Below are positions 35,333 through 45,231 of a stretch of 64,000 nucleotides of DNA, in pieces. Within the stretch, counting starts at the first letter, position 1, and the number at the start of each line of letters is the position of its first letter. The translations under genes and the position numbers were made by a program. Location: positions 23,456 through 87,455 of the forward strand of contig DASROF010000168.1 of assembly GCA_035647075.1 (NCBI GenBank), written 5' to 3'. The notes beneath the pieces were generated by a model, which worked only from the letters and a program-made list of their open reading frames with translations, searched no databases and was not told the DNA's origin. The stretch is from Vicinamibacterales bacterium (GTDB taxonomy: Bacteria > Acidobacteriota > Vicinamibacteria > Vicinamibacterales > UBA2999).

Positions 35333-35361
35333 ACAATAAGCAATATTGATTAGGTCCGCAA
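35333..35361 (-). promoter_or_regulatory. Candidate sigma-70-like promoter for ilvBNCD
   Basis: On the minus strand: TTGCGG (35361-35356), a 17-nt spacer, then TATTGT (35338-35333). It sits in a locally AT-rich divergent intergenic region. Pattern match only. Confidence 0.3.
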
Positions 35362-35416
35362 CCCAACCCAGGGCTGGACCAATCCTTGAACTATGCCCTC
35401 AATCGAGGTGGACCAG

Positions 35417-36283
35417 ATGAAGATTCAGTGGATGGCCGTTGGAGTAATCACCGCAGCGTTCGCGGCGGGCTGCGGCGGGAAGGGAACCGAGAATTCGCAG
35501 AATAACCCGCAAACTGACGCAACCACCGTGGCTGTGCCTCAGGAACCGGGCACACCGGCGAATCTCCAGCCCGCGCCAGCGGACCAGCCGGCGGTGTCCT
35601 CCAACAGGGACGTAGCGTCGCGGCGGCCAAACAACTCGGCGGTCGGGACAACCAGCCGTCCGCGCACCACAACGCAGCCGCTTCGCGACGAGCGCCCCGT
35701 TGATCCCATTCCTTCCAACGCGTCGCGAGCCGCGGCAGCAGCTGCTCCGCGTCCAACGCCCGTTGTGCGCATCGTGACGATTCCAGCAGGCACCGCGCTG
35801 CCGCTCGAATTGACGACGGCGGTGTCGAGCGAGACCGCGCAGGTCGAAGCGCCTGTGAGTGCACGACTTCGACGCGCTGTCACCGTGGACGGCGAGACGA
35901 TTCTGCCGGCAGGCTCCGTCGTGCACGGAGAAGTCAGCGAGGTCGATCGTGCTGGCCGCGTGCAGGGACGTTCCCGGCTCGGTTTGCGATTCACGTCAGT
36001 TGTCATCGACGGACGTCGTGAATCGTTGCGCACCAATCCGATCAGCTTCGAAGGTGAAGCGTCGAAGGGCCAGGACGCGACGAAGATCGGCGCGGGCGCC
36101 GGTATCGGCGCGGCGCTTGGCGGAATCCTCGGCGGCGGATCCGGCGCGGCCAAGGGTGCCGTCATCGGCGGTGCCGCCGGTACGGGTGCCGTTCTCGCGA
36201 CGCGAGGCAAGGACGTTGAACTTGCCGCGGGCTCTGAGCTGAATCCCACGCTGGCGAGCGGCGTCGATGTCGAAGTGAAGTAG
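35417..36283 (+). CDS. Lipoprotein with C-terminal glycine-zipper region
   Basis: Start set at ATG 35417. The lipobox is 'AAFAAGCGG'. A low-complexity P/A/T-rich linker follows. The C-terminal 'GAGAGIGAALGGILGGGSGAAKGAVIGGAAGTGAV' is a glycine zipper of the kind seen in SlyB/17-kDa-antigen-type lipoproteins. Confidence 0.6.
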   Translation: MKIQWMAVGVITAAFAAGCGGKGTENSQNNPQTDATTVAVPQEPGTPANLQPAPADQPAVSSNRDVASRRPNNSAVGTTSRPRTTTQPLRDERPVDPIPSNASRAAAAAAPRPTPVVRIVTIPAGTALPLELTTAVSSETAQVEAPVSARLRRAVTVDGETILPAGSVVHGEVSEVDRAGRVQGRSRLGLRFTSVVIDGRRESLRTNPISFEGEASKGQDATKIGAGAGIGAALGGILGGGSGAAKGAVIGGAAGTGAVLATRGKDVELAAGSELNPTLASGVDVEVK

Positions 36284-36310
36284 GGTCCGACATCCGGAAT
36301 CCGGAATCCG

Positions 36311-36345
36311 AAAAGGGCCGACGTCACTCGTCGGCCTTTTTTTTT
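36311..36345. terminator. Rho-independent bidirectional terminator
   Basis: AAAA, then the 8-bp GC stem ggccgacg/cgtcggcc with a 5-nt loop, then a 9-T tract. It lies between convergent genes, and the DoxX-like stop (36344-36346) sits in the T-tract. It is preceded by the CCGGAAT heptamer repeat. Confidence 0.85.
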
Positions 36346-36760
36346 ACGCGGCGAAGATTCGACTGGTCCGTGCTCCGGCGACGGCTTTCGTGGTGGCCAG
36401 CACTTCCAGGCCGCGGGCAAGCGTGAACGCAGCCACCGACATCACCACATCGCGCACGGCCACATCGAAGTGTCCGCCGAGCGTCAGGTTCGCCGCGACG
36501 AGCAGCAGCCACGCACTGGCCACGTAGGCGCCAAGACGTGGCGCCAGGCCGAGAATCGCTGCCCCCACCGCAATCTCGATCAGCCCGACAATGCCCATGA
36601 ACGTCTGGACCGAGACCGGCAGGAGCGCCGCGGCAGTCGGACTGACATAGCTGCCCCAGTCGGCGAGCAGGTTAAAGAACTTGTCGAAGCCAGCCAGCGC
36701 TGCCGTCAAGCCGAGTGTTACGTGCAGAATCCGAAAAGGAGTTTCAAGCCGCTTATCCAT
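36344..36760 (-). CDS. DoxX-like small integral membrane protein
   Basis: 138 aa with about 4 TM segments. The N-terminus 'FRILHVTLGLTAALAGFDKFFN' resembles the DoxX family, recognised by eye only. Confidence 0.55.
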   Translation of the reverse strand: MDKRLETPFRILHVTLGLTAALAGFDKFFNLLADWGSYVSPTAAALLPVSVQTFMGIVGLIEIAVGAAILGLAPRLGAYVASAWLLLVAANLTLGGHFDVAVRDVVMSVAAFTLARGLEVLATTKAVAGARTSRIFAA

Positions 36761-36845
36761 CGATTGCCCTCCACGGAATGGAGTCGCGAGCTGCCGAGAG
36801 GTGACGCTTCTGACGTCCTGTCACCTTTCCGGGAGTTGTTACTCT

Positions 36846-37547
36846 ATGGATGTAATGACTCCTGTTTCTGCCGCCACGCCGCAGTTGAGCTCGCTCACTT
36901 CGCTTTCTGACGAAGACGTCGTGGCCCGCGTGCTCGGCGGTGAAACGGCACTGTTCGAGATTCTCATGCGGCGGCACAACGAGCGGATCTACCGGGCGGC
37001 GCGCGCGATCCTCAGGGACGATACGGAGGCGGAGGACGTGATGCAGCAGGCGTACGTGAACGCATATACACACCTGCGGCAGTTCGATGGTCGCGCGCAG
37101 TTCGCCACCTGGCTCACGCGGATTGCGGTGCACGAAGCGCTCGCACGGGCGCGGCGACGAGGCCGTTACGAATCGCTGGAAGACTCCTCTACGGAAACGC
37201 TCACGCCCACCCAATCAGGTCCGGACCCCGAACGCCAGGTGTTCGCACGGGAGCTCGCGACGTTAATCGAGTCAGCGGTAGACAAGCTGGGTGACGGCTA
37301 CCGCGAGGTGTTCATGCTGCGACAGGTGGAAGGGCTCAGTACCGCTGAGACGGCGCAGGTGCTCGACGTCAGCGAGGACGTCGTGAAGACGCGCCTGTCG
37401 CGAGCACGGGCTGCGCTGCAGCGAGATCTCCTGGATCAGGCGGGCGCTGCTGCCGCCAGCGCATTCACATTCGGCCTCAGTCGTTGCGACCGGGTGGTGG
37501 CTGCCGTCATGGCCCAGATCGGTAATCAGGGACCCAGGCAGGAGTGA
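36846..37547 (+). CDS. ECF-type RNA polymerase sigma-70 family factor
   Basis: Region 2 'EDVMQQAYVNAYTHLRQFDGRAQFATWLTRIAVHEA' and region 4 'EVFMLRQVEGLSTAETAQVLDVSEDVVKTRLSRARAAL'. Start set at ATG 36846. About 30 aa follow region 4. Confidence 0.9.
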   Translation: MDVMTPVSAATPQLSSLTSLSDEDVVARVLGGETALFEILMRRHNERIYRAARAILRDDTEAEDVMQQAYVNAYTHLRQFDGRAQFATWLTRIAVHEALARARRRGRYESLEDSSTETLTPTQSGPDPERQVFARELATLIESAVDKLGDGYREVFMLRQVEGLSTAETAQVLDVSEDVVKTRLSRARAALQRDLLDQAGAAAASAFTFGLSRCDRVVAAVMAQIGNQGPRQE

Positions 37548-37563
37548 TACTCTGCCGCACATC

Positions 37564-39333
37564 GTGCGGCGCGTTCTCTTCCTCGCGGCGTCGATCATCG
37601 CGATACACCCGCCCGGTGCAAGAGCCGAGTGGCTGACGCTCCGAACCGAGCATCACCAGGTGGCCGGCAATGTCTCCTCACGCGAGCTGAGAGAGATCGG
37701 CTTGCGGCTCGAGCAGTTCCGCGAGGTCATTCATACTCTCAATCAGTTGAGCGTTCGCGCCATCGCGGATACGCCTGTCGTGGTCCTCGCATTTCCCGAC
37801 AGCCGTTCTTACCGGCCGTTTACGCCGATCGTGAACGGCCGCGAGGTGCCGAGCGCCGGACTCTTCGTGAGCGGCATTGCCGGCGCATTCATCGTGCTGA
37901 ATCTTGGCGCACCGGAGGACGGCTATCGGCCGGTCTACCATGAGTTCTCGCATTTCCTGCTGCGCGGGGTGTTTGGCGCCGCTCCGCTGTGGTTCAACGA
38001 GGGGCTCGCCGAGTACTACAGTACGTTCGAAGTCACGAGTGACGGCCGCCGCGCGATTATCGGCACACCGATTCCGCAACACGTCGAGTTGTTGCGCCAG
38101 CGGCGGCTGCCGTTGTCGAGACTTCTGTCGATCACCGCCGCTTCCCCGGAGTACACCGAGGACACACCAGATCGTCACCTGCTGTACGCACAGGCGTGGG
38201 CGTTGATTCACCACGCGCTTCATCAGACGCCGCAACGCCGCGACGCGGTCGTGGCGCTGGCGTCGAAGATCGCGGCTGGCGCGACGCCCGAGCAAGCAGT
38301 CCTCGAGACGTACGGGATGACGCTGCCGGAGCTCGAACGCGAGCTTCAGGCGTACATGCGGCGCGAGGTGTACTCGGCGACGGGCTTCGAATTCAAGAAC
38401 GCGGTGGTCACTGCGCTGCGCACAGCGGCCACGGCTGCCGATCAACTCGATGTCGATGCCTGGCTCGGTTCAATCCAGGCGACCGTTGGCCGCGAGGACG
38501 AGGCCGCGGTTCGCCTTGAGAGAGTGCTGAAGGCACGGCCCGATCACGGAATCGCGCACGCGGGAATGGCCACCGTTCGCATGCGTCAAGGCCGGAACGC
38601 CGAGGTGCAGGCGCATCTCCAGGCGGCAGCCAAAGCGAACGTTCTGCCGCTGCGAACCGTTCAAGTCCAGATCACCGGCCGCGCCGCACGCCAAGCTGCT
38701 GCGCGCGTGTTCCTGAAGACCGGCAATTACCAGGGCGTTCGGGACGCCTTGGCGCCGATCGTCACATCAGGACCTGACGGCCACGAGGACGCGCTGATCC
38801 TCGCTGAAGCGCTGTTGCACCTCGACGATCCCGATGGAGCCCGCGCACTGCTCGGCCCCGTACTGGCAACGGCGGCAAGTGCAGCGCAAGCCGATCAGGC
38901 CCGAGAGTTACTTGGGCGGGCGGCCAGACTCCGCGCCACTCTCGGTAATCCTCCCGACGTTCCGCCGGCGGCTCCGCGCGCCAGCGGCACTGCGTCCCGA
39001 AGCACGGATGCACCTGGCCCACCGCCTCGCAATGGAGGGATCATTCTGAGCCTGCGGGCAGTTCGACAGGGAGAACAACGGATCTTCGGCACACTGCAGG
39101 CCATCGAGTGCGGTCGCGATGGCGTCGTGATCGTCGTGCGCGCACCGCAAGGCATCACTCGCGGATCCGCCGCGAGTCTAGCCGCCGTCGAGTTTGTGAC
39201 TTTTCGATCGCAGGCTGCGGAGAACATCACCTGCGGGGCGCAGGCCGAGGTGCCGGCGCTCTTGACCGTTCGCGCCGGCGCTCCGACAACGGCTGTCGCG
39301 CTGGAACTCTTACCCGACGGTTACACACCATAG
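37564..39333 (+). CDS. Secreted HExxH (peptidase MA/DUF1570-like) protein with TPR-like repeats, paralog A
   Basis: GTG start 17 nt after the sigma factor stop. A signal peptide is present. It contains 'VYHEFSHFLL' and 'LWFNEGLAEYYSTFEV'. The C-terminal half is helical and TPR-like. Confidence 0.65.
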   Translation: MRRVLFLAASIIAIHPPGARAEWLTLRTEHHQVAGNVSSRELREIGLRLEQFREVIHTLNQLSVRAIADTPVVVLAFPDSRSYRPFTPIVNGREVPSAGLFVSGIAGAFIVLNLGAPEDGYRPVYHEFSHFLLRGVFGAAPLWFNEGLAEYYSTFEVTSDGRRAIIGTPIPQHVELLRQRRLPLSRLLSITAASPEYTEDTPDRHLLYAQAWALIHHALHQTPQRRDAVVALASKIAAGATPEQAVLETYGMTLPELERELQAYMRREVYSATGFEFKNAVVTALRTAATAADQLDVDAWLGSIQATVGREDEAAVRLERVLKARPDHGIAHAGMATVRMRQGRNAEVQAHLQAAAKANVLPLRTVQVQITGRAARQAAARVFLKTGNYQGVRDALAPIVTSGPDGHEDALILAEALLHLDDPDGARALLGPVLATAASAAQADQARELLGRAARLRATLGNPPDVPPAAPRASGTASRSTDAPGPPPRNGGIILSLRAVRQGEQRIFGTLQAIECGRDGVVIVVRAPQGITRGSAASLAAVEFVTFRSQAAENITCGAQAEVPALLTVRAGAPTTAVALELLPDGYTP

Positions 39334-39381
39334 GCACTGCGTGCGCGGCATTCCTCTTCCCGCGGTGGGCTTCGTTCCCTA

Positions 39382-40881
39382 GTGGTGCGACGAGCGTGTC
39401 TGTTTGCGGCGACACTCTTTCTTCTCGCGCCATTGCAGGCTGCCGCGGAGTGGGGTGGGCTTCGCACTCCGCACTTTTACGTCATCGGCGATGTCTCGGC
39501 CGGACGCCTGCGTGATGTCGCGCTTCGCTTCGAACAATTCCGCGAAGTCGTGACGCAGCTCCTGCCCGCCGCGCTGCGCGCGGGAAGCGCACCGGTGGTC
39601 GTCATCGTCTTTCCGAACGATCGGTCGTATCGGCCATTCATGCCGGTGGTCAACGGCCGGACAGTGCCGGTCGCTGGATTCTTCGTCGATGGCGCCGACG
39701 TGAACTACATCACGATGAACATCGAAGCCGGTGCGGCGGCCTTCCCCGTTGTCTTTCACGAGTACTCGCACTTGCTGCTCAGCACGGCGTTTGCCCACGC
39801 GCCGATCTGGTTCAACGAAGGGCTCGCCGAGTACTTCAGCACCTTCGAGCTGACCGAGGCCGGACGCCGTGCGCTGATTGGAAAACCGATCAGCCGACAC
39901 GTGGCACTACTCCGCGAGCGCCGCCTGAAGCTCTCTCAGCTGTTTGCAATCGGGCCCGAGTCGAAGGAGTACACGCAGGAAGGCATCGAGCGCGAACTCC
40001 TGTACGCCCAGTCATGGGCGCTGGTGCATTACGCGCGTCACTCGGAGCCTGTCCTGAGCGAGCGCCAGCGAGTCGAAGGACGACGGTTTGCCTCTCTCGA
40101 ATCGCTGGCTCGCCGCCTCGCTGACGGCGAACCCCTCGACGAGAGCGTGCGCGCGACCTATGCGATGACGATCGAGGAACTGGACACTGAACTGCAGGCG
40201 TATGTTCGGAAGCAGGTGTATACGCACGTCGAGCTCAGCTCCGCCGACAGCGTCATCACGCGGATCGATGGAGAGACCGCCGCCCTCGACTCGCCGGAGG
40301 TTGATGGCTGGCTCGCCGACCTGCTGGCGCACTTACAGCGTGGCCCGGAGGCGATCCCGCGGCTCGAACGCGCGCTGAAGGCCCGCGCTGATCTGCCCCG
40401 CGCGCTCGCCACGCTCGGCGTATTGCGAATTCGACAGGGCGATCGTCGTGAAGGCATGGCGCTCCTCGAGCGCGCAGTTACAGCGGGACCGGATGTCGAG
40501 TCCGTACAGTTCGAGTACGGCTGGGCGCTGGCAACTGAAGACGTTCTTGACGCTTCCCGCGCTCAACGGGCGCGCGCTGCCCTCGAACGCGCGATTGCAC
40601 TCCGGCCCGGGTATCCGGCCGCCATCCAGATGCTGGCGTCTGTGTATGGGCAGACCGGCGAGTTTGAAAAGATGCGCGACCTCCTGGTGCCGCTCGTCAA
40701 GGCAGTGCCGGACAATCAGGACGCGGCGCTTCAGCTTGCCGCGGCGCTGCTCGGCCTCGGCGACTTCCCCGGGGCCCGCAGTCTGATTGGCCCGATTCTG
40801 GCGCGACCGCGCAACGAGGAGATGCGGGAGCGCGCGCGAACGCTCCTCGGCCAGATCTCCCGCTTACAGCAGCAGCGCTGA
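39382..40881 (+). CDS. Secreted HExxH (peptidase MA/DUF1570-like) protein with TPR-like repeats, paralog B
   Basis: Collinear with paralog A: 'EWGGLRTPHFYVIGDVS', 'VFHEYSHLLL' and 'IWFNEGLAEYFSTFEL'. A signal peptide is present. GTG start. Confidence 0.65.
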   Translation: MVRRACLFAATLFLLAPLQAAAEWGGLRTPHFYVIGDVSAGRLRDVALRFEQFREVVTQLLPAALRAGSAPVVVIVFPNDRSYRPFMPVVNGRTVPVAGFFVDGADVNYITMNIEAGAAAFPVVFHEYSHLLLSTAFAHAPIWFNEGLAEYFSTFELTEAGRRALIGKPISRHVALLRERRLKLSQLFAIGPESKEYTQEGIERELLYAQSWALVHYARHSEPVLSERQRVEGRRFASLESLARRLADGEPLDESVRATYAMTIEELDTELQAYVRKQVYTHVELSSADSVITRIDGETAALDSPEVDGWLADLLAHLQRGPEAIPRLERALKARADLPRALATLGVLRIRQGDRREGMALLERAVTAGPDVESVQFEYGWALATEDVLDASRAQRARAALERAIALRPGYPAAIQMLASVYGQTGEFEKMRDLLVPLVKAVPDNQDAALQLAAALLGLGDFPGARSLIGPILARPRNEEMRERARTLLGQISRLQQQR

Positions 40882-40889
40882 GCCGCGCA

Positions 40890-41123
40890 TCACGTTGCCG
40901 GCTTGTCCTCCGCCGCCGGACCGACCGCCGCTTCGGCCGCCTGGAAGCCGACCTTTGAATGCGTGCCGTCGCAGAATGGCTTCTTCGTCGAGGCCCCGCA
41001 TCGGCACAATGCAATCGGCCGCCTCTCGATCCGGTACTCCATTCCATTCCAATCGATGACACTCACATCGTCACCGTCGATCACGTAAGGGCCGTTCTGC
41101 CGCAACCGAATCGTCGTCACCAT
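40890..41123 (-). CDS. CDGSH-type iron-sulfur domain protein
   Basis: 'CRCGASTKKPFCDGTH' is the CDGSH [2Fe-2S] signature. 77 aa. Confidence 0.9.
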   Translation of the reverse strand: MVTTIRLRQNGPYVIDGDDVSVIDWNGMEYRIERRPIALCRCGASTKKPFCDGTHSKVGFQAAEAAVGPAAEDKPAT

Positions 41124-41156
41124 TCCTCCGCCTCATCACCGATCACAGATCGCCAG

Positions 41157-41528
41157 TCAGAAATCGGCCGGACTGCGGCCGATGCCGATGATGCTGCACG
41201 CGAAGATCGCATTCAGCTTGCGCCGACGTGCGTCGGCCATCACGGCGTCATCCTCCGCGCCGGGATTGATCCAGATCTCAGGGATGCCCTTTTGCGCGAA
41301 TTCGTCAAGCAAACGCTGCGTCACTTCCGGCTGGACGTAGACCGTCGCCATGTCGATCGGACCTGGCACGTCAAGCACCGACGCGTAGGTCTTCAGTCCT
41401 TCTACTTCACTCTCATTCGGGTTGATCGCGACGACGTGATACCCCTCGGCGAGAAATGCGCGAAGCGCCTTGTTGCCGAACTTCGTCCGGCTGCTCGACG
41501 CTCCAACCACCGCCACGGTTTTGGGCAT
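41157..41528 (-). CDS. CoA-binding domain protein (YccU-like)
   Basis: Contains 'VAVVGASSSRTKFGNKALRAFLAEGYHVVAINPN'. 123 aa. Confidence 0.8.
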   Translation of the reverse strand: MPKTVAVVGASSSRTKFGNKALRAFLAEGYHVVAINPNESEVEGLKTYASVLDVPGPIDMATVYVQPEVTQRLLDEFAQKGIPEIWINPGAEDDAVMADARRRKLNAIFACSIIGIGRSPADF

Positions 41529-41562
41529 GCGTTCGGTGTCCCCCCGTCAGGCGGACCCTCCT

Positions 41563-42936
41563 CTAGAAGATCTTGCCCGGATTCAGGATGCCGCGTGGAT
41601 CGAACGCGGCCTTCACGCGTTTCAGCAGCTCGATCTGAGCAGGGTCCAGCTCGAGGCTCAGGTAAGGCTTCTTGGCGAAGCCAATACCGTGCTCGCCGCT
41701 GATTGAGCCCTCGAGGGCGACGACTCGCTCAAACAGCACCCGCTCTGCCCGTTTCGAACGCGCCACCTGGTCGGCCTGGTCCCGATGAATCATGAAGTTG
41801 ACGTGGATGTTGCCGTCGCCGGCGTGGCCGAAGCACGCAATGTCCAGGGCGAATTCGCGCCGCAGATCCTCGACCACCTCGAACAGTTCGGGAATCCGTC
41901 CGCGGGGCACGACGACGTCGTGATTGATCTTGTCGAGACCGGTGGCGCGAAGCGCGAGCGAGACCTGCCGACGGATCGTCCACAGCTCTGCGCGATCGGC
42001 ATCGCTCGCGGCGCGTCTGATCTCCACCGCGCCGACAGCCGCGCAGGCCCGCTTGACTCGTCCGATTTCCTCTTCCACTGCCGCCGGCGTTCCGTCGCAT
42101 TCCACAATCAGCAGCGCCTCGCCGTCGGCGACGGACTTGCCCGCGTAGGCCTCGGCCGCTCGCAGGGATTCCGTGTCGATCAACTCAATCGCCGCAGGCA
42201 CCACGCGCTCGTCCAGCAGCGCGCTGACGGCATCGACCGCGCCGTCGATGCTTCGAAACGACGCCGCAAGCGTCTCTCGCGCCGGCGGCTTCGGGATCAG
42301 CCGAAGCGTGATCTTCGTAATGACCGCCAGCGTGCCTTCTGATCCGACGAGCAACTGCGTCAGGTCGTAGCCGACGACGTTCTTGACGGCCTTTGATCCG
42401 GTGTGAATGATCTCCCCGCCAGGAAGGACTGCTTCCAGCGCCAGCACGTAGCGTTTGGTGGTGCCGTACTTGAACGCGCGGGGCCCGCCCGCGCACTCCG
42501 CCACGTTGCCGCCGATGGACGACATCTCAAGACTGGCAGGGTCTGGCGGATAGAACAGGCCGACGGCTTCGACGGCGCGCTGCAGCTCCCCCGTAATGAC
42601 GTGCGGCTCGACGACGGCGAGCAGGTTGACTTCGTCGATTTCGAGGATGCGGTTCAGCCGCTCCATCGACAGGACGACGCCGCCCTGCGTCGGGACGGCG
42701 CCGCCGGTGTAGCCGGTGCCGGCGCCACGTACGACCAATGGGACCCGATGTTCATGGCATAGCCGGGCAACGGTCGAGACGTCCTGCGTGCTCTCCGGGA
42801 TGACGACCAGATCCGGAGGTGCGCCGATGCCGAGCGCGTCAGCAGCGTACGGCTGCAGATCCGTCGACCGGTCGCGAATCGAGCGCGGACCGATCGACGC
42901 ACCCAGGCTGCTGAGGAACGCTGGCGGGAGTGTCAA
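41563..42936 (-). CDS. FAD-linked oxidase (GlcD/D-lactate dehydrogenase family)
   Basis: FAD-binding PCMH domain 'VVRGAGTGYTGGAVP' and C-terminal 'GGSISGEHGIG...DPRGILNPGKIF'. Confidence 0.85.
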   Translation of the reverse strand: MTLPPAFLSSLGASIGPRSIRDRSTDLQPYAADALGIGAPPDLVVIPESTQDVSTVARLCHEHRVPLVVRGAGTGYTGGAVPTQGGVVLSMERLNRILEIDEVNLLAVVEPHVITGELQRAVEAVGLFYPPDPASLEMSSIGGNVAECAGGPRAFKYGTTKRYVLALEAVLPGGEIIHTGSKAVKNVVGYDLTQLLVGSEGTLAVITKITLRLIPKPPARETLAASFRSIDGAVDAVSALLDERVVPAAIELIDTESLRAAEAYAGKSVADGEALLIVECDGTPAAVEEEIGRVKRACAAVGAVEIRRAASDADRAELWTIRRQVSLALRATGLDKINHDVVVPRGRIPELFEVVEDLRREFALDIACFGHAGDGNIHVNFMIHRDQADQVARSKRAERVLFERVVALEGSISGEHGIGFAKKPYLSLELDPAQIELLKRVKAAFDPRGILNPGKIF

Positions 42937-42937
42937 C

Positions 42938-44127
<1,190 letters not shown>

Positions 44128-44128
<1 letters not shown>

Positions 44129-44673
44129 CACTGTGCTCCTGCCCCCTGGGCTCCTGCTCCTTGTCCTGCTCTCTGTTTCTTCCGCATCTGCTCTTCGACG
44201 ATCGGCGGCACCAGGCCGCGCACTTCCCCGCCCAGGCTGAACACCTCTTTGATCAGCCGTGAACTCAGATACGTGTACTGCTCGGCCGGCATCATGAACA
44301 CGGTCTCGAGCGTCGGCTCCAGATGTCGGTTCATCAGGGCCATCTGAAATTCGTACTCAAAGTCTGATACGGCGCGAAGCCCGCGAACGATCGCGCTGGC
44401 CCGTTTCTGGCGCGCATAGTCCACCAGCAGGCCGGCAAAGGTGTCGACCTCAACGTTCGGGTACTCCCGGAAGACCTTCCGGATGATCTCGACCCGCTCC
44501 TCAGGCGTGAACAACGGCTTCTTGTCCGGATTCACGAGGACCGCGATCAGCACGCGCTCGAACAGATGCGCACTGCGCAGCACGATATCCACGTGACCGT
44601 TGGTCAGCGGATCGAAGGACCCCGGAAACAGCGCCAGCCGCCCGGGCGGCGGATCTCTGCGTTCGAGAGGCAT
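44128..44673 (-). CDS. coaD: Phosphopantetheine adenylyltransferase
   Basis: Contains 'ALFPGSFDPLTNGHVDIV' and 'IVRGLRAVSDFEYE'. It carries an unusual C-terminal tail, 'KKQRAGQGAGAQGAGAQ', encoded by a short repeat. Confidence 0.9.
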
Positions 44674-44686
44674 GTGTGATCCGATT

Positions 44687-45217
44687 TTAGGCCAGAGTGA
44701 AGAATGTCAGGGTGCTGTCGCCGGACTTGACGTCGCGGATCCGCACCAGCGAGTCCGGAACATCGGGTTGACGACGCGTGGCGCGCTCCAGGACGACAAG
44801 ACCGCCGGCCGCGAGCGCTCCGGCTGCCGCGACGAGCGCCTCGGTGCTATCGCTCTCGTACGGCGGGTCGAGCCAGATCAGGTCAAACGCAGCCGAGTGC
44901 CTCCGCAGCAGCGTCGCAACGTCACCCGCCTCGATAGTATAGTCCGCCCCCGCGTCGCAACTGGCGACGTTCCCGCGAATCAGCGACGTCGCACGACCGT
45001 CCTGTTCCACGAAGGTCACGTGGCGCGCTCCGCGGCTGAGCGCCTCGATGCCGACCGCTCCCGTGCCCGCATAGCCGTCGAAGACGCGGGCGCCGTCAAT
45101 GCGTGGCGCCAGGATGTTGAACAGCGTCTCGCGGAGCTTGTCGGAGGTCGGACGCAGCCCTTCCCAGGTGGGCGCCTTCAGTCTGCGCCCCTTGTAGCGG
45201 CCAGCGATTACCCGCAT
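44687..45217 (-). CDS. rsmD: 16S rRNA (guanine966-N2)-methyltransferase
   Basis: Contains 'MRVIAGRYKGRRLKAP', 'VFDGYAGTGAVGIEALSRGA' and 'LDPPY'. An alternative GTG start at 45232 overlaps the recG stop. Confidence 0.85.
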   Translation of the reverse strand: MRVIAGRYKGRRLKAPTWEGLRPTSDKLRETLFNILAPRIDGARVFDGYAGTGAVGIEALSRGARHVTFVEQDGRATSLIRGNVASCDAGADYTIEAGDVATLLRRHSAAFDLIWLDPPYESDSTEALVAAAGALAAGGLVVLERATRRQPDVPDSLVRIRDVKSGDSTLTFFTLA

Positions 45218-45231
45218 GTCGCCACGAAGCA

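Noticed and set aside
35278-35392. A leader peptide or attenuator upstream of ilvB
   Set aside because: There is no short ORF rich in Ile/Leu/Val codons. Between the candidate promoter and the ilvB start I see no terminator/antiterminator pair. The region is simply AT-rich promoter DNA shared with the divergent lipoprotein gene.
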